Counted from the stretch's first letter, positions 24,245-35,306 are shown. The stretch: DNA of 64,000 bases from an uncultured delta proteobacterium (GCA_963789395.1 CAWBKP010000004.1:32001-96000); one strand, 5' to 3'. Numbers and translations: made by a program. The notes: generated by a model from the sequence alone, not told the origin.

Positions 24245-25405
24245 ATGGCAAGAATACTGATTGCAGACGATGAAGCCATTTTAACCCTGTATCTGGAAGA
24301 GATACTGAGCATGCTCGAACATGATGTCGTGGGCTCGGCCTCATCCGGACAGGAAGCCATGGATATGGCCAGGGAACTGTCTCCGGACATCGTCATCATG
24401 GACATCTCCATGCCCGGGGAAATGGATGGCATTGAAGCCGCCGAGATCATCCGGTCCACCCTGGGTATCCCATCGATTTTCATGACGGCGCATTCCGAAA
24501 TTCCAGATCATCGAAAAATCCAGGCAGGCGGATCCCTACGGGTATCTCATCAAGCCCGTTCAGAATATCGGAACCCGGATCGTTGTGGACAGCGCGCTCA
24601 GCCGTCTTTACGCCGAACGCAAACTGCGGGAAAACGAGCAGCGCTTCAGCGACATCGTTTACAGCATGGCCGACTGGGTATGGGAAACGGATGAAACCGG
24701 AAGATACACTTACGCAGCCGGGAACAAAAAAGACATTCTGGGGTACGCGCCGGAAGAGCTGATCGGGAAAACGCCCTGTGATCTGGTGTCTGAAAGAAAC
24801 CGGTGACGCATTGCCGCTTTTTTCAAAGACAAGGCTTCCCGAAAAGAAGCTTTTTTCAACAAGGAGTCCTGGGGGCTGAGTAAAAATGGGACCCGGGTCT
24901 GCATTCAGACTACGGGGATTCCCATCCTGGATAAGAACGGCGGAATCAAGGGATATCGCGGAATCAATAAAGACATCACCGTTACCAAAAATACGTCCTA
25001 TGCCCTGAAGGAGTTTGAAAACCGGTTTCGGTCCGTCATGGATTATCTGAAAATCGGGATTGACACTGATCGGTCCGGACATGGAAGATACTCGGCACCA
25101 ATCACACCATGGAAAGCTGGTTTCCCATGCACGGGTCTTCGGAGAACCGCGAACTGCTATCACGTCTATCGAAACAAACACCAGAACGAACCCTGCCCGG
25201 ACTGCACGGTGGTGCCGACACATGAAGGACGGTCTGGTTCACGAAAACCACATCTGAAATCGACACGAAGGCCGGCAGGCGGTGTTTGCGCCGGATATCC
25301 TTTCCGGTGATTAGCCAGGAGGGAGACATCATTGCCGCCATTGTTCTCATCATGGACGTCACGGAGAGAAAATCTCCGAGTGAACATCGATCCCGTATTT
25401 CCTGA
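24245..25405 (+). pseudogene. REC-PAS-PAS signalling protein lacking output domain; in-frame TGA at 24804 plus frameshifts
   Basis: ILIADDE, MDISMPG, DWVWETD, YRGINKDIT, ends MDVTERK then runs into antisense of next gene. Confidence 0.6.
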
Positions 25406-26732
25406 TGCGCTTCCATATCGTCACCCGGCTGACTTCCAGAATTCGCGCGGCTTCGGACTGATTGCCGCTGACCTGGCGAAGGATTCGAATCAACTGTTCC
25501 CGCTCCCGCGAATTTTCCGGATGCTCCAGGGGAATTTTTGATGCCCTGGTTTCCGGATGCACGATTTTGACGGGCAGATGCCCGGCCTCGATCCACCCGC
25601 CGGAACACAGCACAAATGCGTATTCAATGGCATTGCGAAGTTCCCGGACATTTCCCGGCCAGGAATAGGCCATCAGTTTTTCCATGGCTTCGGATGTAAG
25701 CCCCAGAATTTTTTTCCCGCTTTTTTTCATGTTCTGTTCAATAAAATTCTGGACAATCATGGGAATGTCTTCTTTTCGTTCGCAAAGCGCAGGACAGCGC
25801 AGCGGAAACACGTTGATCCGGAAAAAGAGGTCTTCCCGGAAAACGCCCTGAGCGATCAATGCATCCAGGTCCCGGTTGGTGGCGGAAATAATCCGGACAT
25901 CGACCGGAATGCTCTTATGGTCTCCCACCCGCTCGATTTCCTTTTCCTCCAGAACCCGCAGCAGTTTGACCTGGGTCTTTAAGGGAATGTCGCCGATTTC
26001 ATCCAGAAAAATCGTTCCCTCGTGAGCCGCTTCAAACCGGCCGGCCCGCGACCGGTCCGCGCCGGTATAGGCGCCTTTCACGTGTCCAAACAGCTCGCTT
26101 TCCAGAAGATTTTCATTCAGGGCGGCACAGTTTACCTTGACAAACGGCTTGCTGCGCCGTAAGCTGACATCATGGATGGCTCTTGCCACCAGTTCCTTTC
26201 CCGTGCCGCTCTGGCCCTGTATCATCACCGGCGCATCCGAAAGGGCGACGTTTTCGATGAGCTCAAACAGTCGCTGCATGGCTGGAGACTGTCCCAAGAT
26301 TCCCTGGTATCCATCATCAACATGAAAGGTTTTGCGAAGGGACATGATTTCCTGCTGCTGACGAACAATCTCGGACATATCCGTAAACGTTTCCACAGCC
26401 CCAATCGCGCGTCCGTCCGAATCTCTCAGCACAGAGGCGTTCTTGATGATTTGAACCGCCCGCCCGTCCTTTCGAACAATAACACATTTTTTTGCCCGGG
26501 CTTCACCCTTTAGAAAAAGCTTGCACCATTTTTCGCCAACGCCCTGGTTAAACACATCACAACCCGTACAGTTCAGCTCCCGGCAATTGCTTCCGATCAA
26601 TTCTTCCGCCGAATAACCGGTAAGTTTTTCGGCCGCCGGGTTCACGGCCACGATATTTCCACCGGAATCGACAACCATAAGCCCGTCCTGAAGGGTATCC
26701 ACAATGGTTTTCCAGTACCTGGCGATGTCCAT
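25359..26732 (-). CDS. PAS-domain sigma54-dependent activator (bEBP)
   Basis: [38 protein letters not shown], Fis [20 protein letters not shown]. Confidence 0.95.
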   Translation of the reverse strand: MDIARYWKTIVDTLQDGLMVVDSGGNIVAVNPAAEKLTGYSAEELIGSNCRELNCTGCDVFNQGVGEKWCKLFLKGEARAKKCVIVRKDGRAVQIIKNASVLRDSDGRAIGAVETFTDMSEIVRQQQEIMSLRKTFHVDDGYQGILGQSPAMQRLFELIENVALSDAPVMIQGQSGTGKELVARAIHDVSLRRSKPFVKVNCAALNENLLESELFGHVKGAYTGADRSRAGRFEAAHEGTIFLDEIGDIPLKTQVKLLRVLEEKEIERVGDHKSIPVDVRIISATNRDLDALIAQGVFREDLFFRINVFPLRCPALCERKEDIPMIVQNFIEQNMKKSGKKILGLTSEAMEKLMAYSWPGNVRELRNAIEYAFVLCSGGWIEAGHLPVKIVHPETRASKIPLEHPENSREREQLIRILRQVSGNQSEAARILEVSRVTIWKRIRKYGIDVHSEIFSP

Positions 26733-26791
26733 AGATTCAATATCCTTTCATAAGCATGCATGGCAGCGCAGCTGTCGGTTCCGTTTCGCAT

Positions 26792-26828
26792 CTGTAACCC
26801 TGTTAAGTTAACACTTGTTAACATAACA
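26792..26828. promoter_or_regulatory. Candidate upstream activator sites (TGTTAAC/GTTAACA repeats)
   Basis: TGTAACCCTGTTAAGTTAACACTTGTTAACATAACA ~110-140 bp upstream of a sigma54 promoter. Confidence 0.45.
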
Positions 26829-26933
26829 ATTAATCCGCATTTGATCAAGCAGCGTTTATCCTTACAGATGCAGGATGAAAACATAATCAATTCAGCGATG
26901 TTTCGGCGATCGGCTTTCCTGATTTTTAAACTC

Positions 26934-26949
26934 TGGCATATTTATTGCT
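26934..26949 (+). promoter_or_regulatory. Sigma54 (-24/-12) promoter
   Basis: TGGCATATTTATTGCT, GG and GC correctly spaced; divergent bEBP gene. Confidence 0.8.
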
Positions 26950-26990
26950 CTATATCAGAAACAACTCAAACCGATCAACAGGAGGTGAAC

Positions 26991-28705
26991 ATGAAGAAAA
27001 AAAACTCGGCAGGAACAGGGACCCGCAAAATTTTTACGGCGGTCCTGATTTCATTTTTTCTGATGATGGGGTTTCCGCCTGAAAGTCCGGCGGCTGACGA
27101 TGTGGATGAACTGAAAAAACAGCTCCAAACACTCAGCGAAATGATGAAAACCTTACAGGAAAAACTGGACAAGGTGGAAAAACAAAGTGCCAGCAAGGAA
27201 ACCGAAATCAAGGAAATGGACAAGCGCCTGAACAAGGCGGAGCTTCACACGGCATCCGATAAAATTTCCTTTGGCGTGGATCTGAGGTCCGAGGCCCAAT
27301 CCATTCATTACGAAGATGTCCGCATGGCCCCGGCATCGGTCATCAATGCTTTTTTTGCGCCTGCCCCTCAGGGATTTAACGGCGCAACCCAGCAGCAGAT
27401 TCAGCAGGCCATGGCCGGCATGAAGGCTGCCGGCATGGTTCCGGCGCCCAACACCTATGATGCGGACAATGACATCATTTACACCAGCCGGTTTCGCATG
27501 AACATGAAAGCCACGATCAATCCGCATCTGGATTTTGCCGGCAGACTGGCCGCTTATAAGGTTTGGGGAGACAGCTCCGGCGTTCAGTTCAATCACGGCA
27601 GCTTGGGGGAGGTTACCTTTGACGGCAACACCTCCAGCCTTCCCCATGGGGATACGGTCCATGTGGAGCGGGCCTATTTCAATTACAAGCAGGACGTCGG
27701 CAATGTTCCCATCAACTTTTCCCTTGGAAGACGGCCTTCAACCGAAGGCCCGCCGCTGGAATACGGCGACTACAGCCTGGAAGGCGGCTCTCCTCTTGCC
27801 ACCATCATCAACTGGCAGTTTGACGGCGCCTCCCTGACCTTTGGCCTGGAAGATGTCACCGGCATTCCGGGACAGGCATTCAAGCTCTGCTACGGGGTCG
27901 GTTTTGAAGGCGACTGGGGCAACAGCTATTCCATGACCAGCACTTCGGACGTGAACGATGTTCACATGTTCGGCTTTATTGCCGACCTCTTTGACAATGA
28001 AACCACCAGCGCAGTTCTGAATTACGCGCATGCCTGGGATGTTACCGACGGATTTACAGGGCTTACGGTCATGCCGTTTATTGTTTCCGTGGATGGCAAC
28101 AATCAATATTATTTTACCCCCAACAGCGGCGGCTATATCAGCCGCATGCAGCCGTCCACCAATATCGGCGACTGGGATGCCGCTATCGCTGCTGCTAAAG
28201 ACCAATCTGTCTGAAAAACTGGCCAATATCGATTTGTTTTTTGCGCCCTCCTGGAGCCATACCAGCCCCTCCCAGATATCCAAAAATCCTTATTATGCAT
28301 TGATGGGACAGGGCCTTTTGAGTTCAAACGGCGATCTTCAGTCCCGGGACGGTTACAGTATCTATACCGGCGCGATCTTTCCCATGCCGCTGGAAGCCAG
28401 GCTGGGTCTGGAATATAACTGGGGATCCCAATACTGGTTCAATTTTACCGGCGCCGAAGATTCCCTGGTCGGCAGCAAGCTGGCAGCCAGAGGACAGGTT
28501 TTTGAAGGTTACTATATTCAGCCCATTTACAAGGACAATTTTTTTGTCAAACTCGGCGGCCAGTATTACGATTATGATTATACCGGCAGCGGCAATCCGC
28601 TGGGTGAACCCGTCAAGCATCACCGACGCCACCGCCTTTGATTCGCTGAATGCCATCATCGACAAAGCCTGGCTCGCATACCTGTCGGCAACCATTCGCT
28701 TTTAA
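26991..28705 (+). CDS. DUF3373-like outer-membrane beta-barrel protein (frameshifted)
   Basis: Signal peptide, coiled-coil N-terminus, VERAYF, GRRPSTEGPP, GLEYNWGSQYWFNFT, C-terminal Phe (..ATIRF). Confidence 0.7.
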
Positions 28706-28749
28706 CCATAACCCCTCAAACCCTATTGATCTTTCAAGGAGAAGAAAAA

Positions 28750-29082
28750 ATGAAACGCACGATTATAACCCTTGTGTCTCTGGCGCTGGTTTTCGTATTT
28801 GCAGGCAGCCTTCTGGCAACAGACAAAGGCAACAGCCGGAAAGGGAAATACACTTTTCGAAAAAGCTGCCGCGATTGCCATGTGGAAGGCGGCAAAGCCC
28901 AGGAAATGAGCCCTTCCAACAAAACCCAGGCCCAGTGGGATGCTGTTTTTGCCAAAGACAAATACAAGGAATTTCCCTGCAAGGCCGAATGGGACAAGCT
29001 GACCCCGGAAGATCTCGGCGATATCTACGCCTACATGTATGAACATGCGTTTGACTCGCCGTCGCCGGCAAAATGTAAATAG
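28750..29082 (+). CDS. Periplasmic monoheme cytochrome c
   Basis: Signal peptide; CRDCH; C-terminal HAFDSPSPAKC. Confidence 0.85.
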   Translation: MKRTIITLVSLALVFVFAGSLLATDKGNSRKGKYTFRKSCRDCHVEGGKAQEMSPSNKTQAQWDAVFAKDKYKEFPCKAEWDKLTPEDLGDIYAYMYEHAFDSPSPAKCK

Positions 29083-29192
29083 ACAAGACAGGCTGATGGG
29101 CTTGATAGGCATGACTGCTATGATTTTTGACAATCAGCCTATTCGACCTGCAGCCTTCGGCCGTATCCAGCCCACTATCAAGGAGACGTTTC

Positions 29193-31400
29193 ATGACATC
29201 CCCCATCGAAACCCCGCTTTCGCGCCGCAGTTTTCTCAAATGGTCGGGAGCAGCCACCGCCGCAGCCGCAGTGGGCGGCAAGGCGCCGGTGCTGTCATGC
29301 GCTGACGCCCGATGAACCAAAGAAGCCTTCCGCAAAGCCCGAATCCCGGTATTCGGTGTGCGGCATGTGCCTGAATGCCTGCGGACTCGTTGCAAGGGTT
29401 GAAAACGGCGTGATCACCAAGCTGGATCCCAATCAGAAATTCCTGAAATCCCGGGGAATGCTCTGCGCCCGGGGCAACGCCGGCATTCAGCAGCTCTATG
29501 ATCCCGATCGCCTCAAATACCCGCTGCTTCGAAAAGGCGAGCGGGGAGAAGGCAAATGGGAACGGATTTCCTGGGACCAGGCACTGGATCTTGCCGCCGC
29601 CAAACTGATGGAGATTGCCGAAAAATATACCCGCTGCGGGGTCATGTTTACGCCGGGTTCGGATTCCCAGTCCCTCTTTGTTCACTGGTTTGCCGAAGTC
29701 TTTGGCTCATATAACGTCACCACCCACGAATCCTCCTGTCTCTTAAGCCGGAACCGGGCCTATCTGGACACGTTCGGCGAAGTGCCGTTTGCGGATGTGC
29801 TGCATACCAAATATATCATCATTGTCGGGGCCAATCCTTTTGAAGCCCTGATCACACCGGACAGCATCGATTTGATGACGGCAAAGAAAAACGGCTGCAA
29901 AATCGTTGTCCTGGATCCCCGGTTTACCAAGACCGCGGGCCTTGCCCATGAATGGCACCCCATCCGGCCCGGAACGGATATGGCGTTTTTTCTGGCCCTC
30001 AGCCATGTCATCACCTCGGAAAAACTCTACAGCGAAACCTATGCCCAGGAAAAACTCTTCGGCATGGAACAGCTGACAGAACATGTCCGCCAGTATTCTC
30101 CGGAATGGGCTGAAAAAGAATGCGAGATTCCGGCTGCCGATATCCGCCGGATCGCCAGGGAACTGGCTGCTGCCGCGCCGACGGCCATCGTCTACCCCGG
30201 CCGAAGAACCTCGGATTATGTCAATTCCACCCAGATCCGGCGATCCATGGCCATTGTCAACGCGCTTCTGGGCAACTGGGACACCCCCGGCGGCCTGCTG
30301 GCAGCCAGACAGGTCGGTCTTTCCGGCCCGGAACTTCCCGAAGCCCCTTTTTATGACGACAATCCGGAACACCGGCTGGACAAAGGCATGGCTCACATGA
30401 TGTTTGAGGAAGAAGGCGCTTTCAAACACATGCGGGATGCCATTATCAGCCAGAAACCCTATCCGGTGAAAGGCTGGTTCATCTATCGGTACAATCCCCT
30501 TCAGTCCGCGGCCAACCGCCAGAAAACCATCGAAATGATGAAGCAGCTCGATTTTATGGTCACCGTGGACATCGCCATGAGCGATACGGCCTGGATGTCG
30601 GATCTGGTTCTGCCGGCACCCAGCGTTCTGGAACGCCAGGACCCTGCCAGCGGCCTTCAGGGATCGGCGGCCTGCGCCTGTGTGGTGGCCCGTGACCCGG
30701 TGGTTCCGGCGCTTTTTGAATCCAGGCCCGTATTCGAAATTCTTAAAGGGGCTGGCCGGCCGGATGAAGCTGGCCGAATATTTTGACTTTACCATGGAAG
30801 AATACCGCAAACAGCAGTTCAAACATCCTTCCGGACGCCGAACGCGCCATCCGGGAAGACGGGGTATATTACAATCCCAGCAAGCTTTACGGGATTTATG
30901 AGGGAAAAATTTATAAAACCCTTTCCAAGAAAATCGAACTTTACAATGAACGATATGCCCAGATGGGGGTCGATCCCCTGCCGGTTTATCAGCCGCCCAC
31001 GCCCAATCCCGTGAACCAGTTCCGTCTGGTGGTGGGACGAAACGCCTATTTTACCCACTGCACCACCCAGAACAATGCGCTGCTGAATGAGCTCATGCCG
31101 GACAATTCCCTGTGGATGCACCCCGTGGCTGCCAGAAAACTGGGCCTCAAAAACGGCGAACGGGTCGAGGTCTCCAGCAAGGCCGGAAAAGGCGAGCTCA
31201 GCGTCAGCCTGAACAACGGCATCCGCGAAGATACGGTCTATATGGCCAGCGGGTTTGGCGTGCTTTCCAAAGGCCTGACCCGGATTTACGGCAAAGGGGC
31301 CTGTATTGCGGAATTGATTGAAGATTATGCCGATGCGATTTCCGGCAACATGGCCATGCATGAAACCTTTATCCGGGTGGCCAGAAAGGAAGCGGCATGA
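29193..31400 (+). CDS. Molybdopterin oxidoreductase catalytic subunit, PsrA/PhsA/SrrA type (frameshifts ~29310, ~30750, ~30825)
   Basis: Tat motif SRRSFLK; CGMCLNAC; LCARG; DPDRLKYPL; THESSC (Mo-ligand Cys); DPRFTKTA; PIRPGTD; DLVLP. Confidence 0.9.
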
Positions 31401-32158
31401 ACAAACAACTGGCAATGGTCATTGATTCATCGGCATGCATCGACTGCAGGGCCTGCACCCTGGCCTGCAAGGTGGAAAACAACGTGCCCGAAGGAAAGTG
31501 GCGAAACTGGGTCAAACGGAGCGAGCCGGATTTCAATAACCCGGACTGGATGACGCTGTCACCCGCCGTTTCGTTTCAGCCCGGCGGCTGCATGCACTGC
31601 GACGTTCCCACCTGCGTTCAAGCCTGTCCGACAGGCGCCACTTACAAAGACAATAAAGACGGTGCGGTCAAGGTTGACCCCAGGCTCTGCATCGGCTGCG
31701 GCAGCTGTATTCCGGCCTGCCCCTACGGCGCCAGGTATCGGCATCCCGCCAAGAACATCGTGGACAAATGCGATTACTGCCAGCAGCGGCGGGAACGCGG
31801 GGAGCTTCCCGCCTGTGTGGTCACCTGTCCCACAAAAGCCAGGGTCTTCGGGGATATCAACGATCCCAAAAGCGATGCAGCCCTGCTGCTGAAGAAAAAC
31901 CGGAGCGTTCGCGTCATCAACAAAGAATCGGACACCCGACCCAACATGTATTATCTGTCTGCTACCGCTCCCTTGAACTGGCCGGTCAAGGCCAGAATGC
32001 CGGATGCCATTGCGTTGTGGAAACTGGCAGGCCCCCTGATCTGGGGCGTTGTGGGACTCAATGCCCTGGGCGTTCTGGTCATGCTGGGAAAGCAGCTTCT
32101 GATGAATGACACCGCCCCGGAAACCGACGAATCTCATGAGGAAACGAGGCAATCATGA
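31397..32158 (+). CDS. 4Fe-4S electron-transfer subunit (PsrB/PhsB-like) with C-terminal TM helix
   Basis: CIDCRACTLAC, CMHCDVPTCVQACP, CIGCGSCIPACPY, KCDYC..PACVVTCP. Confidence 0.92.
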   Translation: MNKQLAMVIDSSACIDCRACTLACKVENNVPEGKWRNWVKRSEPDFNNPDWMTLSPAVSFQPGGCMHCDVPTCVQACPTGATYKDNKDGAVKVDPRLCIGCGSCIPACPYGARYRHPAKNIVDKCDYCQQRRERGELPACVVTCPTKARVFGDINDPKSDAALLLKKNRSVRVINKESDTRPNMYYLSATAPLNWPVKARMPDAIALWKLAGPLIWGVVGLNALGVLVMLGKQLLMNDTAPETDESHEETRQS

Positions 32159-32870
32159 CATCCAAATTCATCGTCACACCCGGCTGTCCATTTTCATGCA
32201 CTGGTTTAATGCCGGCTGCTGGATTTTTCTGCTGTTGACAGGCCTTGGCCTGATTCAAAACGATGATCTTCAGCCGTTTACATCATGGCCGATCATGCTT
32301 CGGAACCTGTTCGGCGGCGGCGCAAATCTGCTTCTGTCCCATGAAATCATCGGCATTACCTGGGCAGGCGGATTTCTTTTATATGGCATCATCCGGCTGA
32401 AATCCGACGTCCTTCCGTTTATCCGTGAAATTTTTACCGTGGATATCCGGCGCGATTTCCTGTGGTTGATTACCAAGGGTATCCAGATGACACTGGGGTA
32501 TCGGGCGCTTGGCGTCATCGCCGAAAAATTCGGTTTCAGCCCCGGAATTCCGGATCAGGGGTTTTACAACGTCGGGCAGAAGATTTTTGCCATTCCGGCG
32601 GTTTTCGGCGGAATGGTCATTGCGGCATCGGGCATCATCATGATGCTGTCCCAGATCGGCATGGTGGGTACCGCGCCGGTACAATGGGCGATCCTGATTC
32701 ATTTTACCGCGGTCGGGCTGGTGTTTGCCGGGCTTCTCATTCATGTCTTCATGGCATCGATTGCCGCCGGCGAACAGCCGGCCTTTATTTCCATGTTTAC
32801 CGGAACGGTTCCCGAAGATTACGCCCAGCATCATCACAAGCTCTGGCTGGATGAGCTCAAAAAGCGTTAA
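32136..32870 (+). CDS. Cytochrome b membrane anchor (PhsC/FdnI-like)
   Basis: FMHWFNA, LSHE, QGFYNVGQK, LIHF...LIHVFM, SMFTGTVPEDYAQHHH. Confidence 0.85.
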   Translation: MRKRGNHDIQIHRHTRLSIFMHWFNAGCWIFLLLTGLGLIQNDDLQPFTSWPIMLRNLFGGGANLLLSHEIIGITWAGGFLLYGIIRLKSDVLPFIREIFTVDIRRDFLWLITKGIQMTLGYRALGVIAEKFGFSPGIPDQGFYNVGQKIFAIPAVFGGMVIAASGIIMMLSQIGMVGTAPVQWAILIHFTAVGLVFAGLLIHVFMASIAAGEQPAFISMFTGTVPEDYAQHHHKLWLDELKKR

Positions 32871-32881
32871 GGGTGTCTGTC

Positions 32882-33923
32882 ATGCGATGGATGGGAATGA
32901 AGATCGGGCGTTTGCCGGTTTATCCCGCAGTCCTTTTTCTGATACTGGGAATCCTGACCGCTGCCGCAGCAGGCAGCCAGGCGGAGCACCCGGCATGGTT
33001 TCAGCAGGCCAGGGATGAAGCCGGACAAGACGGGTATGAACTGATTACCGCCCCTGAACTCAAAGCCCTTTATGACTCCGGAAAAGACTTTACCATTATC
33101 GATGTCCGGCCCGAATACGAATATCGTGAGGGACATCTTTCACAGGCCAAAAGTCTGGAATTTGATCTGGGGGACAAGCTCCAACTGACGCCGGAAAAAA
33201 AAGCGGCGTTTATCGAGCTTCTGGGTCCGGACAAACAGCGACTGATCGTGATTTACTGTCGAAGCTTTGCCTGACTGCGCAGTTCCATTGCAGCCCGGTG
33301 GGCTGTGCGGCTGGGATATCAGAAGATCATCCGGCTCCCGGAAGGGTATTTTGGCTGGAAATCCGCTTTCCCGGATAAAACACACGTCTGCAGACCAACG
33401 TCAAAAAAATTGGGAATCGGGGATGATTTTCCTTCCTGCCAGCTCGTGATGCTGTATGACGAAACCGACAGGGCCTATCTGAAAATCCAGGGTCTGCAAA
33501 AAAGTTTTGCGCTGGAAGATGTGGGCTGCCAGTATCTGTATATCGTGATTTACAATGAAAAATGCCTGGCCTGCGTGGATGAGGTCAAGTCTTTCAAAAC
33601 CCTATATCAACAAATGACATGCAGACCCGTATCTTTCAGACAGGGTTAAACTCCTGGCCATCGGCGCCGGCAGCAAAAAACGCGGTGTCATGGCTTTCAA
33701 AAAAGAAAACGCCATTCCCTATCCGCTTTTCGGAGATGAAAAACGGCATATTTTCTCCTGCCTCGGAAACCCTGTGCTGCCTACGTCCTATCTGGTTCAG
33801 CTGCAGCCGGGCGGCAGGAGACAAATTCTGTTCGTTCAGCAGGATCATATTCAGGATGTCCAAATGCTTGTCCAGAAAATCAGAAGTCTCGTAAAAGACA
33901 CGGAATTTCCCAAAACAAACTGA
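32882..33923 (+). CDS. Selenocysteine-containing rhodanese fused to a peroxiredoxin/thioredoxin-fold domain (UGA 33272-33274; frameshift ~33630)
   Basis: IIDVRPEYEYREGHL...IYCRSFA-U-LRSSIAARWAVRLGY..LPEGYFGW continues in frame; then CLAC, IPYPLFGD, LPTSYLV. Confidence 0.8.
33279..33314 (+). promoter_or_regulatory. Bacterial SECIS-like hairpin
   Basis: GCAGCCC-GGT-GGGCTGT (33290-33306), loop 22 nt after UGA, possible lower stem CAGTT/GGCTG. Confidence 0.7.
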
Positions 33924-34027
33924 ACCGGACACCCATCGTTTCCGGCAAGGAACCCGGCAAAAAAGACATGCCCGATAGAAAACAACTGGTGTTTATATCT
34001 TTAACCCATTAATAAAAGAGGTAAAAA

Positions 34028-35281
34028 ATGAAACAGAAACAGCTGCACTTATGGATGATCTGTCTGGGATTAATTGCGATTGCGGTTTCCGGATGCGCCG
34101 GCACCCTGCAATCCTCGGCACCGGCTGATCAAACAGCGGCCTCGGCCGACTGGAAATTTCACGACATTGTGGGGATCGACTTCGTCAAACCGTATGTTAC
34201 CGTTCCAAAACCGGAAAACGTTCTCCTGGTGGATTCCCGACCAAAGGAAGCAAAATATGACCAGGGCCACATTCCAACGGCCATCAGCATTCCGGATTCC
34301 CATTTTGAGAAACTGACCTCTGTGCTGCCCCGGGACAAAAACACCTTGCTGATCTTTTACTGCGAGGGCCTGGAATGCAAACTCAGCCATAAATCCGCCA
34401 AAAAAGCCGAAGCCCTGGGATACACCCGGGTCAAGGTTTACGCTGAAGGCTATCCGGGCTGGATGAAGGAAAAAGATCATTACGCCGAGGTTCCGGTAGA
34501 TTTTGTTAAAAACGCCATGGACGGCAACACCGAAATGGTTCTGGTGGACTCCCGACCAAAGGAAGCCAAATATGACCAGGGCCACATTCCAACGGCCATC
34601 AGCATTCCGGATACCCATTTTGAAAAAATGACCTCTCTGCTGCCCGAAAAAAAAGAGACGCTTCTGGTGTTTTACTGCGGCGGATTCGACTGCAAGCTGA
34701 GCCATAAATCCGCATCCAAAGCCATAAAAATGGGATACAGCAATGTAAAGGTTTTTTCAGCCGGTTATCCGGCTTGGCAGGAAATGGAAGCAGGAACAGG
34801 AAAGCCGTCGGCTGTCGCACACTCCGGGATCAGGAAAGGCGGGCTGGAAGGGGCCATAGAAACCGCTGCATTTGAGAAAATCATTGCGGAAAATCCATCC
34901 AGCGTCATGCTGATTGATGTCAGAGATCCCGATGAATTCGAAAAAGGCACGTTTAAAACCGCTGTCAACATTCCTGTGGACACGCTGGAACACCATGTGA
35001 AAACGCTTCCTTCGGATAAGCCGATCGTCTTTGTCTGCGGCACCGGCGCACGAAGCGGGGAGGCGTATTATATGCTCAAGGACCTGCGGCCGGAATTAAA
35101 AGAGGTGTATTACCTGGAGGCGGAAATCAAAATCAATAAAGACGGCACCTATTCAATCACCGAACGCCAAAAAAGGATAACAGCGGCGCTGCTGGTTGTT
35201 TATCGGCCCGCACCCATCACCGGCTGTGAATTTTTGGACTTTTTGCAACGCCTCGTGTATGATAGGGATCCGTGTTGCTGA
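34028..35281 (+). CDS. Triple-rhodanese lipoprotein (true end probably ~35180)
   Basis: Lipobox VSGC; active loops YCEGLECKLS, YCGGFDCKLS, VCGTGARS. Confidence 0.88.
   Translation: MKQKQLHLWMICLGLIAIAVSGCAGTLQSSAPADQTAASADWKFHDIVGIDFVKPYVTVPKPENVLLVDSRPKEAKYDQGHIPTAISIPDSHFEKLTSVLPRDKNTLLIFYCEGLECKLSHKSAKKAEALGYTRVKVYAEGYPGWMKEKDHYAEVPVDFVKNAMDGNTEMVLVDSRPKEAKYDQGHIPTAISIPDTHFEKMTSLLPEKKETLLVFYCGGFDCKLSHKSASKAIKMGYSNVKVFSAGYPAWQEMEAGTGKPSAVAHSGIRKGGLEGAIETAAFEKIIAENPSSVMLIDVRDPDEFEKGTFKTAVNIPVDTLEHHVKTLPSDKPIVFVCGTGARSGEAYYMLKDLRPELKEVYYLEAEIKINKDGTYSITERQKRITAALLVVYRPAPITGCEFLDFLQRLVYDRDPCC
34226..34645 (+). repeat. 105-bp near-identical intragenic direct repeat (34226-34330 and 34541-34645)
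   Basis: About 6 mismatches by eye; both copies encode LVDSRPKEAKYDQGHIPTAISIPD. Confidence 0.9.
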
Positions 35282-35306
35282 TCCCTATCAACCATGAGGT
35301 ACATCC

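Noticed and set aside
23981..24694. Apparent Fe-S oxidoreductase-receiver fusion
   Set aside because: Low-quality linker, own RBS/ATG at 24245, indel-rich region
24804..24806. In-frame TGA in a PAS domain as Sec
   Set aside because: Not a Cys-type position and no convincing hairpin; more likely a nonsense change or error
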